64,000 bases of DNA from Lentimicrobiaceae bacterium (GCA_041660125.1 JBAZWY010000012.1:38499-102498); one strand, 5' to 3'. Counted from the stretch's first letter, positions 36,057 through 44,863 are shown. A program made the numbers and translations. The notes: a model not told the origin generated them from the sequence alone.

Positions 36057-36812
36057 ATGCAAACAGCCGAACGCAGCTCCGGGCACGATCCTTCAGAACA
36101 GGTAATTTACAACAGGTGCCTTTATGCCTACAAGGCTGCTTCAGAATTAGTAAAAGGCAATATTATTGAACTTGGAAGCGGCGAAGGTTATGGTATTAAA
36201 ATGCTGGCTCCTTTGGCTCAACATTACCTTGCTGTCGATAAATTTGATACCGATATTTCGGGCCATGCCAATGTGGAATTTCGTAAACAATTATTGCCTT
36301 CTTTGGCCGGTATTGCTGATAATACATTTGATTTCGCGGTTACTTTCCAGGTTATTGAGCATATACAGGATGATAAAACTTTTATAAAGGAAATACACCG
36401 GGTACTTAAACCAGGTGGCGTTTTAATGCTTACCACGCCAAACCATCCGATGTCGCTAACCCGCAATCCATGGCATATCCGCGAATATACTGCTGATGAA
36501 CTGGCTTCGGTTGTTGGTAAAAGTTTTGGTAAAGTGGAGGTGAAAGGCGTATTTGGTAGTCCGGTTGTAATGGACTACCATGAAAGAAATAAAACTTCGG
36601 TTCATCGCATTACAAGGTTTGATATTTTAAAATTGCAATACAGGCTTCCGCGCCGGCTGTTGCAAATACCCTATGATATAATGAACCGGCTTAACCGCCG
36701 CAAATTGCTGAAAGGCAATACCGATATTGTGAATAAGGTTTCACTTTCCGATTTCTTTCTGAAAGGTACTACTGATAACTGTTTCGATTTGTTTGTTGTG
36801 GCTACGAAATAG
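36057..36812 (+). CDS. Class I SAM-dependent methyltransferase
   Basis: 251 aa. Motif I IIELGSGEGYG and post-I DKFD. LKPGGVLMLTTPN is typical of the Methyltransf_11/23 class. Confidence 0.8.
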   Translation: MQTAERSSGHDPSEQVIYNRCLYAYKAASELVKGNIIELGSGEGYGIKMLAPLAQHYLAVDKFDTDISGHANVEFRKQLLPSLAGIADNTFDFAVTFQVIEHIQDDKTFIKEIHRVLKPGGVLMLTTPNHPMSLTRNPWHIREYTADELASVVGKSFGKVEVKGVFGSPVVMDYHERNKTSVHRITRFDILKLQYRLPRRLLQIPYDIMNRLNRRKLLKGNTDIVNKVSLSDFFLKGTTDNCFDLFVVATK

Positions 36813-36902
36813 AAAATGGGGAAATAGAAAATGGGGAAATAGGGAAATAGGGAAATAGGGAAATAGGGAAATAGGGAAATAGGGAAATAGGGAAATAGGA
36901 AA
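36805..36902. repeat. Microsatellite-like tandem repeat: 14-bp unit x2, then GGGAAATA x about 8
   Basis: aaatagaaaatggggaaatagaaaatggggaaatagggaaatagggaaat... It begins in the last codons and stop of the methyltransferase gene. Confidence 0.9.
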
Positions 36903-37023
36903 CCTGACTTCGTCTTAAGACCAATCAGTATTTGTTCAGAAAAAACCAAGAAGGTTAGAGCTTGAATTTTCCTGTTCTTTTTTTTTAACATTGTGGATAT
37001 CATACTTTCAACCGAAAAGTGCA

Positions 37024-37136
37024 TTGTGCATAATGCCTGGTGCTCTGCACCCTGAGTAGTTGGTTTTGCATAAATACAGCAGTTATCGCTCTTTTTAATT
37101 CTGAGCGCAGAGCCCTAAGCACAGAGCACTATGCAC
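37024..37136. repeat. Imperfect inverted repeat (about 32-nt arms) with CACAGAG/CTCTGCAC words
   Basis: tgtgcataatgcctggtgctctgcaccctgag (37024-37055) mirrors ctgagcgcagagccctaagcacagagcactatgcaca (37100-37136). Confidence 0.7.
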
Positions 37137-37219
37137 AATTTATTCCCCACAATTTCCTTAAACAGAATTGTTTTTTTTAATACATTTCAACTTTTTTAGG
37201 CTATAAATTGAATCTTTCC

Positions 37220-37227
37220 TACATTTG
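37220..37227 (+). promoter_or_regulatory. Candidate -7 box TACATTTG upstream of hppA
   Basis: Matches TAnnTTTG, 38 nt upstream of ATG 37265. Confidence 0.45.
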
Positions 37228-37264
37228 ACGCACCTGAAATCATATTTTAACTAACCAATAATCC

Positions 37265-39676
37265 ATGTTTATGAAGAGAATTATCGCACTGCTTGCCTTC
37301 GCATTGGCGGCTTTTCCTGTGTTTGCCAGTGAGGCCGACCTTAAAATCCCTAGCCTGTCGCTTGATCAGAACAATTTGCTGTTGTTTGGATTTGTGATTT
37401 GTATTCTGGGATTACTCTTTGGATTTTACCAGTTTACTACGGTGAAAAAGCTTAGAGCTCACAAGAGTATGCTGGATGTTGCCCACATCATCTTCGAAAC
37501 TTGCAAGACTTACCTGATCCAGCAAGGGAAATTCCTGGTCATTCTGTTTGTTTTTATAGCAGCTTGTATCTCTTTCTATTTCGGATACCTGCAGGAAATG
37601 GGTTTTGGAGGCGTGTTGCTGATCCTTTCGTGGACGGTTGTTGGTATTCTGGGTTCATATGGTGTTGCCTGGTTTGGCATCCGTATGAATACACTTGCTA
37701 ATAGCCGAATGGCTTTTGCTTCGCTTGAACGCAAACCATTGAAATTACTGAATATTCCACTTGATGCCGGTATGAGTATCGGCGTTTTACTTGTAAGCGT
37801 TGAACTTATCATGATGCTTATTATCCTCCTGTTTATTCCACGCGAATTTGCAGGGGCTAGTTTTATTGGTTTTGCAATTGGTGAATCACTTGGTGCATCT
37901 GCACTTCGTATTGCCGGTGGTATTTTTACTAAAATTGCCGATATCGGTAGCGACCTGATGAAGGTGGTTTTCAAAATTAAGGAAGATGATCCACGTAACC
38001 CTGGTGTAATTGCCGATTGCACAGGTGATAATGCAGGTGACAGCGTTGGCCCTACAGCCGATGGTTTCGAAACGTATGGTGTTACCGGCGTTGCCCTCAT
38101 TAGTTTTATAGTGCTGGCTGTAATGCAGGTGGCTGATCAAACGCTTTTACTTACCTGGATTTTCCTTATGCGTATCCTGATGGTGATTACTTCCATTGCG
38201 GCATTCTATATCAATAAGGTTTATACAAATGCAAAATACCGCGATGCTGTAGATCTGGATTTCGAAAGACCTCTCACTACATTGGTTTGGATTACTTCTA
38301 TCCTTTCTATCATCGTAACTTTTGCTGTAAGCTATATTATGCTTGGCGACCTGGCAAATAACCTTTGGCTTACCTTGTCCATTATTATCAGTTGCGGAAC
38401 GCTTGGTGCAGCGCTGATTCCAGAATTCACCAAGATATTCACCAGCCCAAAATCGCATCACGTTAACGAAATTGTAACTGCATCACGCGAAGGCGGAGCA
38501 TCACTCAATATTCTATCGGGTCTGGTTGCCGGTAACTTCAGTGCTTTCTGGCAGGGAATGGTTTTCCTGGTTCTCATGTTTATAGCTTATTTTGCCTCTA
38601 CGCATGGGCTTGACAGTATGATGATCTATCCTTCGATTTTCGCTTTTGGCCTTGTAGCTTTCGGTTTCCTTGGAATGGGACCTGTAACCATTGCTGTTGA
38701 CAGTTATGGCCCGGTTACCGACAATGCCCAAAGTATCTACGAGCTTTCGCTTATCGAAGAAAATCCAAATGCAGCAAAGGAAATAGAACGTGATTTCGGA
38801 TTCAAACCTGATTTCGAAAATGCTAAACATTATCTCGAAGCTAATGATGGTGCAGGGAATACATTTAAAGCTACTGCTAAACCGGTTCTTATCGGTACAG
38901 CCGTGGTTGGGGCAACTACAATGATCTTTTCCCTAATCCTGCTGATCCGGAATAAATTTAATATCGAACCCGAAGCCATCCTCAATGTTCTGAATCCATA
39001 TACTATCCTTGGTTTCCTGGCTGGCGGGTCTGTAATTTACTGGTTTACGGGAGCATCAATACAAGCTGTTACAACCGGCGCTTACCGTGCAGTTGAATAT
39101 ATCAAGAAGAACATCCATCTCGACGAAGGTGCTGATAGCAGTGCTTCCATCGAAACATCCAAGGAAGTTGTGAAGATTTGTACCCAATATGCACAGACGG
39201 GGATGTTCAATATTTTCATCGCTATTTTCTCTTTTGCACTGGCTTTCGCATTCTTTGCAGGTTATCGCGATATGTCAGCCACTACCCCGACTCATATGTA
39301 TGCAGCTGCTTCATTCTTCGTAAGTTATTTGATTTCAATAGCTGTATTCGGTCTTTTCCAGGCGCTGTTTATGGCTAATGCCGGCGGTGCATGGGACAAT
39401 GCCAAGAAAGTAGTTGAAGTTGACCTTCGCGAAAAAGGCACTCCTTTACACGATGCATCTATCGTTGGCGATACTGTTGGCGATCCTTTCAAGGATACAT
39501 CATCGGTTGCACTCAATCCAATCATTAAATTCACTACACTGTTCGGACTTCTGGCCATGGAAATTGCCATCTCCGATAGCTTCTATTCAGTAGCACCTTA
39601 TGTTGGGGCAGGTTTCTTCCTGGTTGCCTTGTACTTTGTTTACCGTTCGTTTTATAAAATGCGGATTATTAAATAA
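37265..39676 (+). CDS. hppA: Membrane-bound proton/sodium-translocating pyrophosphatase
   Basis: 803 aa and polytopic. Signature segments DCTGDNAGDSVGPTADGFETYG, GGAWDNAKK and GDTVGDPFKDTSSVALNPIIKF. Confidence 0.95.
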   Translation: MFMKRIIALLAFALAAFPVFASEADLKIPSLSLDQNNLLLFGFVICILGLLFGFYQFTTVKKLRAHKSMLDVAHIIFETCKTYLIQQGKFLVILFVFIAACISFYFGYLQEMGFGGVLLILSWTVVGILGSYGVAWFGIRMNTLANSRMAFASLERKPLKLLNIPLDAGMSIGVLLVSVELIMMLIILLFIPREFAGASFIGFAIGESLGASALRIAGGIFTKIADIGSDLMKVVFKIKEDDPRNPGVIADCTGDNAGDSVGPTADGFETYGVTGVALISFIVLAVMQVADQTLLLTWIFLMRILMVITSIAAFYINKVYTNAKYRDAVDLDFERPLTTLVWITSILSIIVTFAVSYIMLGDLANNLWLTLSIIISCGTLGAALIPEFTKIFTSPKSHHVNEIVTASREGGASLNILSGLVAGNFSAFWQGMVFLVLMFIAYFASTHGLDSMMIYPSIFAFGLVAFGFLGMGPVTIAVDSYGPVTDNAQSIYELSLIEENPNAAKEIERDFGFKPDFENAKHYLEANDGAGNTFKATAKPVLIGTAVVGATTMIFSLILLIRNKFNIEPEAILNVLNPYTILGFLAGGSVIYWFTGASIQAVTTGAYRAVEYIKKNIHLDEGADSSASIETSKEVVKICTQYAQTGMFNIFIAIFSFALAFAFFAGYRDMSATTPTHMYAAASFFVSYLISIAVFGLFQALFMANAGGAWDNAKKVVEVDLREKGTPLHDASIVGDTVGDPFKDTSSVALNPIIKFTTLFGLLAMEIAISDSFYSVAPYVGAGFFLVALYFVYRSFYKMRIIK

Positions 39677-39699
39677 GCACGTGGTGTTACCTATTTATT

Positions 39700-39733
39700 A
39701 AAAATCCGGCTCAGAAATGGGCCGGATTTTTAG
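39700..39733. terminator. Terminator after hppA
   Basis: Stem AATCCGGC (39703-39710) / GCCGGATT (39721-39728), flanked by A- and T-runs. Confidence 0.7.
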
Positions 39734-39799
39734 TCTGATGAAAATTGTACCGGAATATATCAGAAAATAAGACACGTGTCAACGGGGCGCCGGTATATT

Positions 39800-41071
39800 T
39801 TATTTTTCAAATATTTTCTCCGCATTTTTATACATTAAATAATCTACTAAATCTATAACATCACTTATTGTTATCCAATTTTCAGTTACTAATTCAGTCA
39901 AGGCTTGAGCAATCCCTTTACGGGCGACAAAAGCATGCCCAATTAGATTCTCAACAATTTTATCATCACCACCAAACGTGAAGATTTTATTGTTTGGTAC
40001 GGTAAGTATAAATTTTTTCAAAAAATCTTTAGCTGCCAAAGGATTAATAGACCAGGACCAGCACATATCAATGTATGCGTTTGAATAACTTTTGGCCAAA
40101 GAAAGCATTTCCTCATAATGAGGATAACATAAATGGAAAAAGACAAATTTTGTATTTGGAGCTTGCCTGCACAGCGAAGCACAATCGGATGGGTTGTCTT
40201 TTACCCAGTGCATGTTCATTACATTATTCATTGCCCATTGGCCAGTATGCATTTTTACAGGCAATCCATATTCAGTAGCTTTGTCAACACAATACCAAAA
40301 CAAATGGTCCTGAAGTTTTTTTTCCTCCCCGGGGCTGATTATTTGTAAGCTGATTTTTCTTATAAATATTTTTTCAACTTCCTTAGCATCGACCCTTTCA
40401 AAATCAAGCCTTCTAAAATATGCATTCCCGATTTTCACGCCTTTTGAAATTTGGTTATATTCGGAAAACCACCAATCAATCAGCGAGTGCCAATCGGATA
40501 AAGAATTAATCTTAACATTTTCAGGAACAGAATAGGGCTTTATTGCTACCTGAATTAGTCCATTTAACGCAATATCCAGAAGCAATAAGTCGGGAGACTC
40601 ACTTTTTTTACATGCAATAACCGGGGAGTTTACATGACAATGTTTAATATTAGCTATATCCTGAATGATATATTTATAAAATCCTTTTTTTCTTGTTTGT
40701 TCGTATCTGTTTTGCAGTTCTATACTATTATCTTCCGAAATCTCGTCGATACCGTAAAGTATCCTGATTGTATTCCGAAATACTATTCCTGAAGCTGTGT
40801 TTTTTAGATATGGCCAATATTCCTTTAAGATTCCCCATTTATTAATTGGATTGACCTGTTTTGAAAACAAACTATCCATCTGTTCTACTGATATTCCTGC
40901 TGAAATCAAGTCGAAGCCAAAATAATGATTAAGCAGTAACGCCCAATCATCACACGGAATTATTGGTTCAATACAACCCAAACGTTCAGACTCATCAACC
41001 AAATGCTCATGAGTATCAATGAATGGCGTTTCAAAAACCTTTTTCTCTATTAGATCTTTATGCTTTTCCAT
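39800..41071 (-). CDS. Metal-dependent amidohydrolase-fold (TIM-barrel) protein
   Basis: 423 aa with an N-terminal HxH metal motif FIDTHEHL. Lies in the AT-rich island. Confidence 0.6.
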   Translation of the reverse strand: MEKHKDLIEKKVFETPFIDTHEHLVDESERLGCIEPIIPCDDWALLLNHYFGFDLISAGISVEQMDSLFSKQVNPINKWGILKEYWPYLKNTASGIVFRNTIRILYGIDEISEDNSIELQNRYEQTRKKGFYKYIIQDIANIKHCHVNSPVIACKKSESPDLLLLDIALNGLIQVAIKPYSVPENVKINSLSDWHSLIDWWFSEYNQISKGVKIGNAYFRRLDFERVDAKEVEKIFIRKISLQIISPGEEKKLQDHLFWYCVDKATEYGLPVKMHTGQWAMNNVMNMHWVKDNPSDCASLCRQAPNTKFVFFHLCYPHYEEMLSLAKSYSNAYIDMCWSWSINPLAAKDFLKKFILTVPNNKIFTFGGDDKIVENLIGHAFVARKGIAQALTELVTENWITISDVIDLVDYLMYKNAEKIFEK

Positions 41072-41216
41072 TTAATCATTTCTTTTTCGTTGAGCAGTCC
41101 TTATATTGGCGCTACTGCTGAAGCGTCCGAAAATAGGGACAAACAGTGCGGGTGACGAAGCTTCAAATATACTCCAAAACCCGCCATTTGTTAAAGCCCC
41201 CTTTGTTGGTCGCTGC

Positions 41217-41798
41217 TTAGTATAAATATATCCATGGAATCAGTCTTTTTGTCCTTTTTTGATATTCAATATATTTTTGTCCCATTTGCTCAATCATAAA
41301 ACGTTCCTCTGTTTTTATCCGGTAAATGTATCCGGTTAAAACCGGGATAATCATTAATAAAACAGACAACCAATTTGATAATGAAGTTGCAATCCCGGTA
41401 AAAATAATCAATTGCCCAAAATACCCGGGATGTCTGATGTATTTATATAATCCTGTTTCAATCAACTCATGATTCTCAATTTGTGTCACCGTATATGTGA
41501 AGTATTGTTTAAGAGTTAATATGGATTTTATTCTTATAATTAATCCAGCTATTGTCAATATTGCACCTATTACAAAGAATGTATCCCAATAATAAATCCT
41601 GCCTGTTCGTGTTGCACCGATGCTAAAAGAAAGAAAATAACCAATCCCGATAAAAATGGTGAGAATCCAGATACTTGCTTTATCTCCTGACTTAACGATA
41701 TCCTTTTTCCGTTTTTGTTTTTGCCGCATGCTCATGAATAACTCAAAGAATCCATATAAATAGGAGAAAGCTATAATTATGATAAGCTTTGTATTCAT
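41217..41798 (-). CDS. Isoprenylcysteine carboxyl methyltransferase (ICMT/PEMT)-family membrane methyltransferase
   Basis: 193 aa with 4-5 TM helices. C-terminal motif GLYKYIRHPGYFGQLI...EERFM. Confidence 0.7.
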   Translation of the reverse strand: MNTKLIIIIAFSYLYGFFELFMSMRQKQKRKKDIVKSGDKASIWILTIFIGIGYFLSFSIGATRTGRIYYWDTFFVIGAILTIAGLIIRIKSILTLKQYFTYTVTQIENHELIETGLYKYIRHPGYFGQLIIFTGIATSLSNWLSVLLMIIPVLTGYIYRIKTEERFMIEQMGQKYIEYQKRTKRLIPWIYLY

Positions 41799-41892
41799 AG
41801 TAACGGTTTGTTTTTAAGTTCTGACTAACGCTCGCGTCGGGAGATACGTGCCAGCGAGAGGGATCTATATGTATATTCGTAAAAATTTATTA

Positions 41893-42747
41893 CTACATTA
41901 TTTTTTCAAATGGTTTCATAATATTATCAAAACGAAAATCAATATTTTTCAATTCCTTCTCTTTTTCAAAAATTATAAAAGTGTGCTTATTTAATAGATT
42001 CTTAGGATTAATATTTATTTTCAACTGTTCTGTATAAACATTTTTCATATATATTTTAGGTATTTCTTTATGTTTTTTGATATTTTTAAAAAATCGTAAA
42101 TACGAACTAATAAAAATAAGTGGATAAAAAAATGGAAATAAAAATAGGGAACCTTTACTTATCCGTAAATATCTTATTTCCTTAATTTTAAATCCTGAAA
42201 GCTTTGCAATAATTTTAAGTTTTTGCAATCCTATGAGAAAAATATGTCCATGATAAATTTCATTAGTTAAAGTTTTGTCAGCCATCCAAATATCATCTAT
42301 TTCATTTGGTGGCATTAGTTTAGTGTTTTCACTTTCAAATAATAAATAACTGAGTTTAGATGCTAAATTTGAATATGAAGGCGTTGTTATTAAAAGTTTC
42401 CCATTAGTTTTTAGTACTCGATTAAATTCTTTAAACGTCTTTAATTGGTCACTAAAATGCTCAATGCCTTCCTGGCAAATTAGCATATCTGCATAATTAT
42501 CCATTGTAGGAATTTTATCAACAATATCAGCACGTTTACATTCGATATTCTTTAACATGAAATATTCAGGGAACAAATCAAAAGCCTCAACTTTTGCTCC
42601 ATTCTCTAATAATATTTCCGTCGTAACACCATTACCTGCTGGTATATCTAATACAATTTTATTTTTTAACTCTTCTTTTATGCTGTCCAAATACTTTTTT
42701 ACATAAAATTTTGGACTTTTCGGATTTATTACATAATTATCTATCAT
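41893..42747 (-). CDS. Class I SAM-dependent methyltransferase
   Basis: 284 aa. Motif I VLDIPAGNGVTT, acidic EAFD, LKTNGKLLITTP. Very AT-rich. Confidence 0.7.
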   Translation of the reverse strand: MIDNYVINPKSPKFYVKKYLDSIKEELKNKIVLDIPAGNGVTTEILLENGAKVEAFDLFPEYFMLKNIECKRADIVDKIPTMDNYADMLICQEGIEHFSDQLKTFKEFNRVLKTNGKLLITTPSYSNLASKLSYLLFESENTKLMPPNEIDDIWMADKTLTNEIYHGHIFLIGLQKLKIIAKLSGFKIKEIRYLRISKGSLFLFPFFYPLIFISSYLRFFKNIKKHKEIPKIYMKNVYTEQLKININPKNLLNKHTFIIFEKEKELKNIDFRFDNIMKPFEKIM

Positions 42748-42966
42748 TATTTATCTATTTAAGTTGTAATTCTGTTTTGGGATTACGCATAACCGTTTGC
42801 AGTATTAAACGTGCCAGATTGTGAAGCTTCGACTGTATCCCATGATTAAACCACCATACGGTATGAATCGCTTGCAAAACTTCTAAACCCGGCATGCTTT
42901 ATGATCCTGTATCGGACGCTATCAATCCAATTTATACTGCAAACGGGGTAAATTTATTGATTATTG

Positions 42967-43251
42967 TTAATATTCCAAAGTATAATTGCCAATACCATCC
43001 GATTTAGCAGTGTAAGCACATCCCACCCTGGGCCTATATAATATAATATCACTGAAACCATCATAGTTATAATCTAAGGAAATGATTCGATCTCTCGTGT
43101 CATATAAATCATAGTCGGCAATGCCATCATTATTGTAAACAGTAGAAAACATTCCATTGCCATTTGATTTCAACAGATACCAGGCTGAACCACCCGGCCT
43201 ATAACACATACTATCATCATATCCATCACCATTATAATCTAATGATATGGC
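42967..43251 (-). pseudogene. 5'-truncated FG-GAP/VCBS-repeat protein fragment
   Basis: The open frame has no upstream start. It contains the repeats LDYNGDGYDD and LDYNYDGFSDIILY. It is truncated at the junction with the hppA 3' remnant. Confidence 0.55.
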
Positions 43252-43273
43252 TTAATCCTGGGGTTGATCAAAG

Positions 43274-43376
43274 TTTCTATTCCGTTGCACCTTGCATTGG
43301 CGGTGTGTTTTTCCTGATTGCTCTATTCTTTACTTTGTTTACCGTTCATTTTACAAAATGCGTATTGTAAAGTAAA
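43274..43376 (+). pseudogene. Displaced, frameshifted copy of the hppA 3' end
   Basis: Aligns with 39579-39676. It encodes SFYSVAP.IG..FFL.A and, after a 5-nt indel, YFVYRSFYKMRIVK* (compare YFVYRSFYKMRIIK* in hppA). Confidence 0.8.
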
Positions 43377-43396
43377 ATCAACTAACCAAAATTTGA

Positions 43397-43432
43397 AGCC
43401 CCGCCTTTCTTAATTGTAGCGGGGCTTTTTTA
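43397..43432 (+). terminator. Terminator following the hppA 3' remnant
   Basis: Stem GCCCCGC (43399-43405) / GCGGGGC (43419-43425), followed by TTTTTT. Confidence 0.75.
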
Positions 43433-43541
43433 TAGATACTACTCCCGGACAAAAGCTATACAATAAGTTTCATAATTGCCGGAATCGGAGTAATTTTGCA
43501 GCCTGAACAAAACAGACAGCTTTTGATTGATAGAGGTAGAA

Positions 43542-43707
43542 GTTGCTTGTTTCTGGTTTCTTGATGCTGGTTGATACTATATATCGAGTTATTTGAGTGC
43601 TAAAAAGCTGAAAATATTCATTCAGCAATTAAACGCAGCACCAACAAGTAAGTAACATATACACAGTAACTTGCAACCAGCAACCAGCAACCAGCAACCA
43701 GTGCCAG
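43542..43707. repeat. CAACCAG x4 heptamer tract and a degenerate inverted copy about 100 bp upstream
   Basis: gttgcttgtttctggtttcttgatgctggttg (43542-43573) mirrors gcaaccagcaaccagcaaccagcaaccagtgccag (43673-43707). Confidence 0.7.
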
Positions 43708-43760
43708 TCACACAAATACTAATAATACAAAATCAAAAATCACATTTAAAGCAATACATT

Positions 43761-44471
43761 ATGGGAAGAGCATTTGAATTTCGCAAAGCACGCAAAATGA
43801 AGCGTTGGGGCAATATGGCCAGGGTTTTTACCCGCCTTGGTAAGGATATCGAAATGGCAGTAAAATCTGGTGGGCCCGATCCTGCCAGTAACTCCAGGCT
43901 GCGCTTACTTATTCAGACAGCTAAAAGCGAAAATATGCCGAAAGATAATATCGACCGCGCTATAAAACGTGCTATTTCGAAGGATTCGTCCGATTATAAA
44001 GAAGTGGTGTACGAAGGGTATGCACCTCATGGAGTGGCAATAGTTGTTGAAACGGCTACCGATAATCCTACACGCACAGTGGCTAATGTCCGTATGTATT
44101 TCAATAAATATGGCGGTAGCCTGGGCACAACAGGAATGTCTGATTTTTTATTCGACCGTAAATGCACGTTCAAAGTAGCTATGAAAGAAGGTATTGATAT
44201 TGAAGAACTTGAACTCGAAATGATTGATTTCGGGTTGGATGAAATATTTGTGGATGAAGGCGAAATCGTGCTTTATGCTGATTTTCATAACTTCGGGTCC
44301 ATACAAAAATACCTGGAAGAAAATAAATTTGAGATCCGGACTTTTGCTTTTGAGCGTATCCCCAACGATACCAAGGAATTAAATGAAGAGCAGCAAGCCG
44401 ATGTGGAGAAATTGATTGAAAAAATGGAAGAGGATGATGATGTGATCAATGTGTTTCACAATATGCGGTAG
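43761..44471 (+). CDS. YebC/PmpR-family transcriptional regulator
   Basis: 237 aa from ATG 43761. MGRAFEFRKARKMKRWGNMARVFTRLGKDI... is the canonical YebC N-terminus. Confidence 0.9.
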   Translation: MGRAFEFRKARKMKRWGNMARVFTRLGKDIEMAVKSGGPDPASNSRLRLLIQTAKSENMPKDNIDRAIKRAISKDSSDYKEVVYEGYAPHGVAIVVETATDNPTRTVANVRMYFNKYGGSLGTTGMSDFLFDRKCTFKVAMKEGIDIEELELEMIDFGLDEIFVDEGEIVLYADFHNFGSIQKYLEENKFEIRTFAFERIPNDTKELNEEQQADVEKLIEKMEEDDDVINVFHNMR

Positions 44472-44600
44472 GGATTTGAAGGGTTTGAAGAGTTTCAGTG
44501 TTACACAGTTTAAGGGTTAGGACTCGCTTTGTCGCTCTTCGGCTTGTTGTCCAGCTTGCCTTCCCTTTATACCTCTATACCTCTATACTTTGAGTCTTAT
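44471..44600. repeat. Intergenic word-repeat element, copy B (related to 29552-29680)
   Basis: gggatttgaagggtttgaagagtttcag...gtttaagggttaggactcgctttgtcgctcttcggcttgttgtcc...tatacctctatacctctatac, lying between convergent genes. Confidence 0.7.
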
Positions 44601-44863
44601 TTCTCTACCTGCTTCCGGTTTCTGTATATCAGTCCCAGCATAGTCAACGAGAAAAAAAGCACAATAATATTAGTTGCAATAATCGAGAAGCTATGTATTA
44701 AAATACCATAAACCAGCCAGAGTGTTGTACTAACTGAAGCAATCAGGAACATAGGAAGAGAAATATCTTTGGTGGATTTTGATTTCCAGGTCTTTATCAC
44801 CTGTGGCAGGAATGTGGTACACGACAAAGCACCTGCCATGATTCCAATAACTTCGTTATTCAT
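44597..44863 (-). CDS. SemiSWEET / PQ-loop family small transporter
   Basis: 88 aa with 3 TM helices and the PQ motif FLPQVIKTWKSKS. Confidence 0.8.
   Translation of the reverse strand: MNNEVIGIMAGALSCTTFLPQVIKTWKSKSTKDISLPMFLIASVSTTLWLVYGILIHSFSIIATNIIVLFFSLTMLGLIYRNRKQVEK

Noticed and set aside
36671-37024. 117-aa minus-strand ORF with FPYFPISLFPYFPISL repeats; similarly ORF 24739-24966 ending GKRAKGERAKG
   Set aside because: Both are translations of intergenic simple-sequence tracts (GGGAAATA repeats and a C/T-rich tract) and have no start context or coding signal.
37501-39570. Alternative-frame and antisense ORFs inside hppA (for example 37576-38100 at 174 aa and 38513-38830)
   Set aside because: They are nested in a gene with unambiguous H+-PPase signatures in the annotated frame.
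39677-43273. Integron-type cassette array (CALIN) interpretation of the hppA island
   Set aside because: No intI gene is present, and the spacer inverted repeats do not match the attC R'/R'' cores (GTTRRRY / RYYYAAC). Only the weaker statement that the spacers share motifs is kept as a finding.
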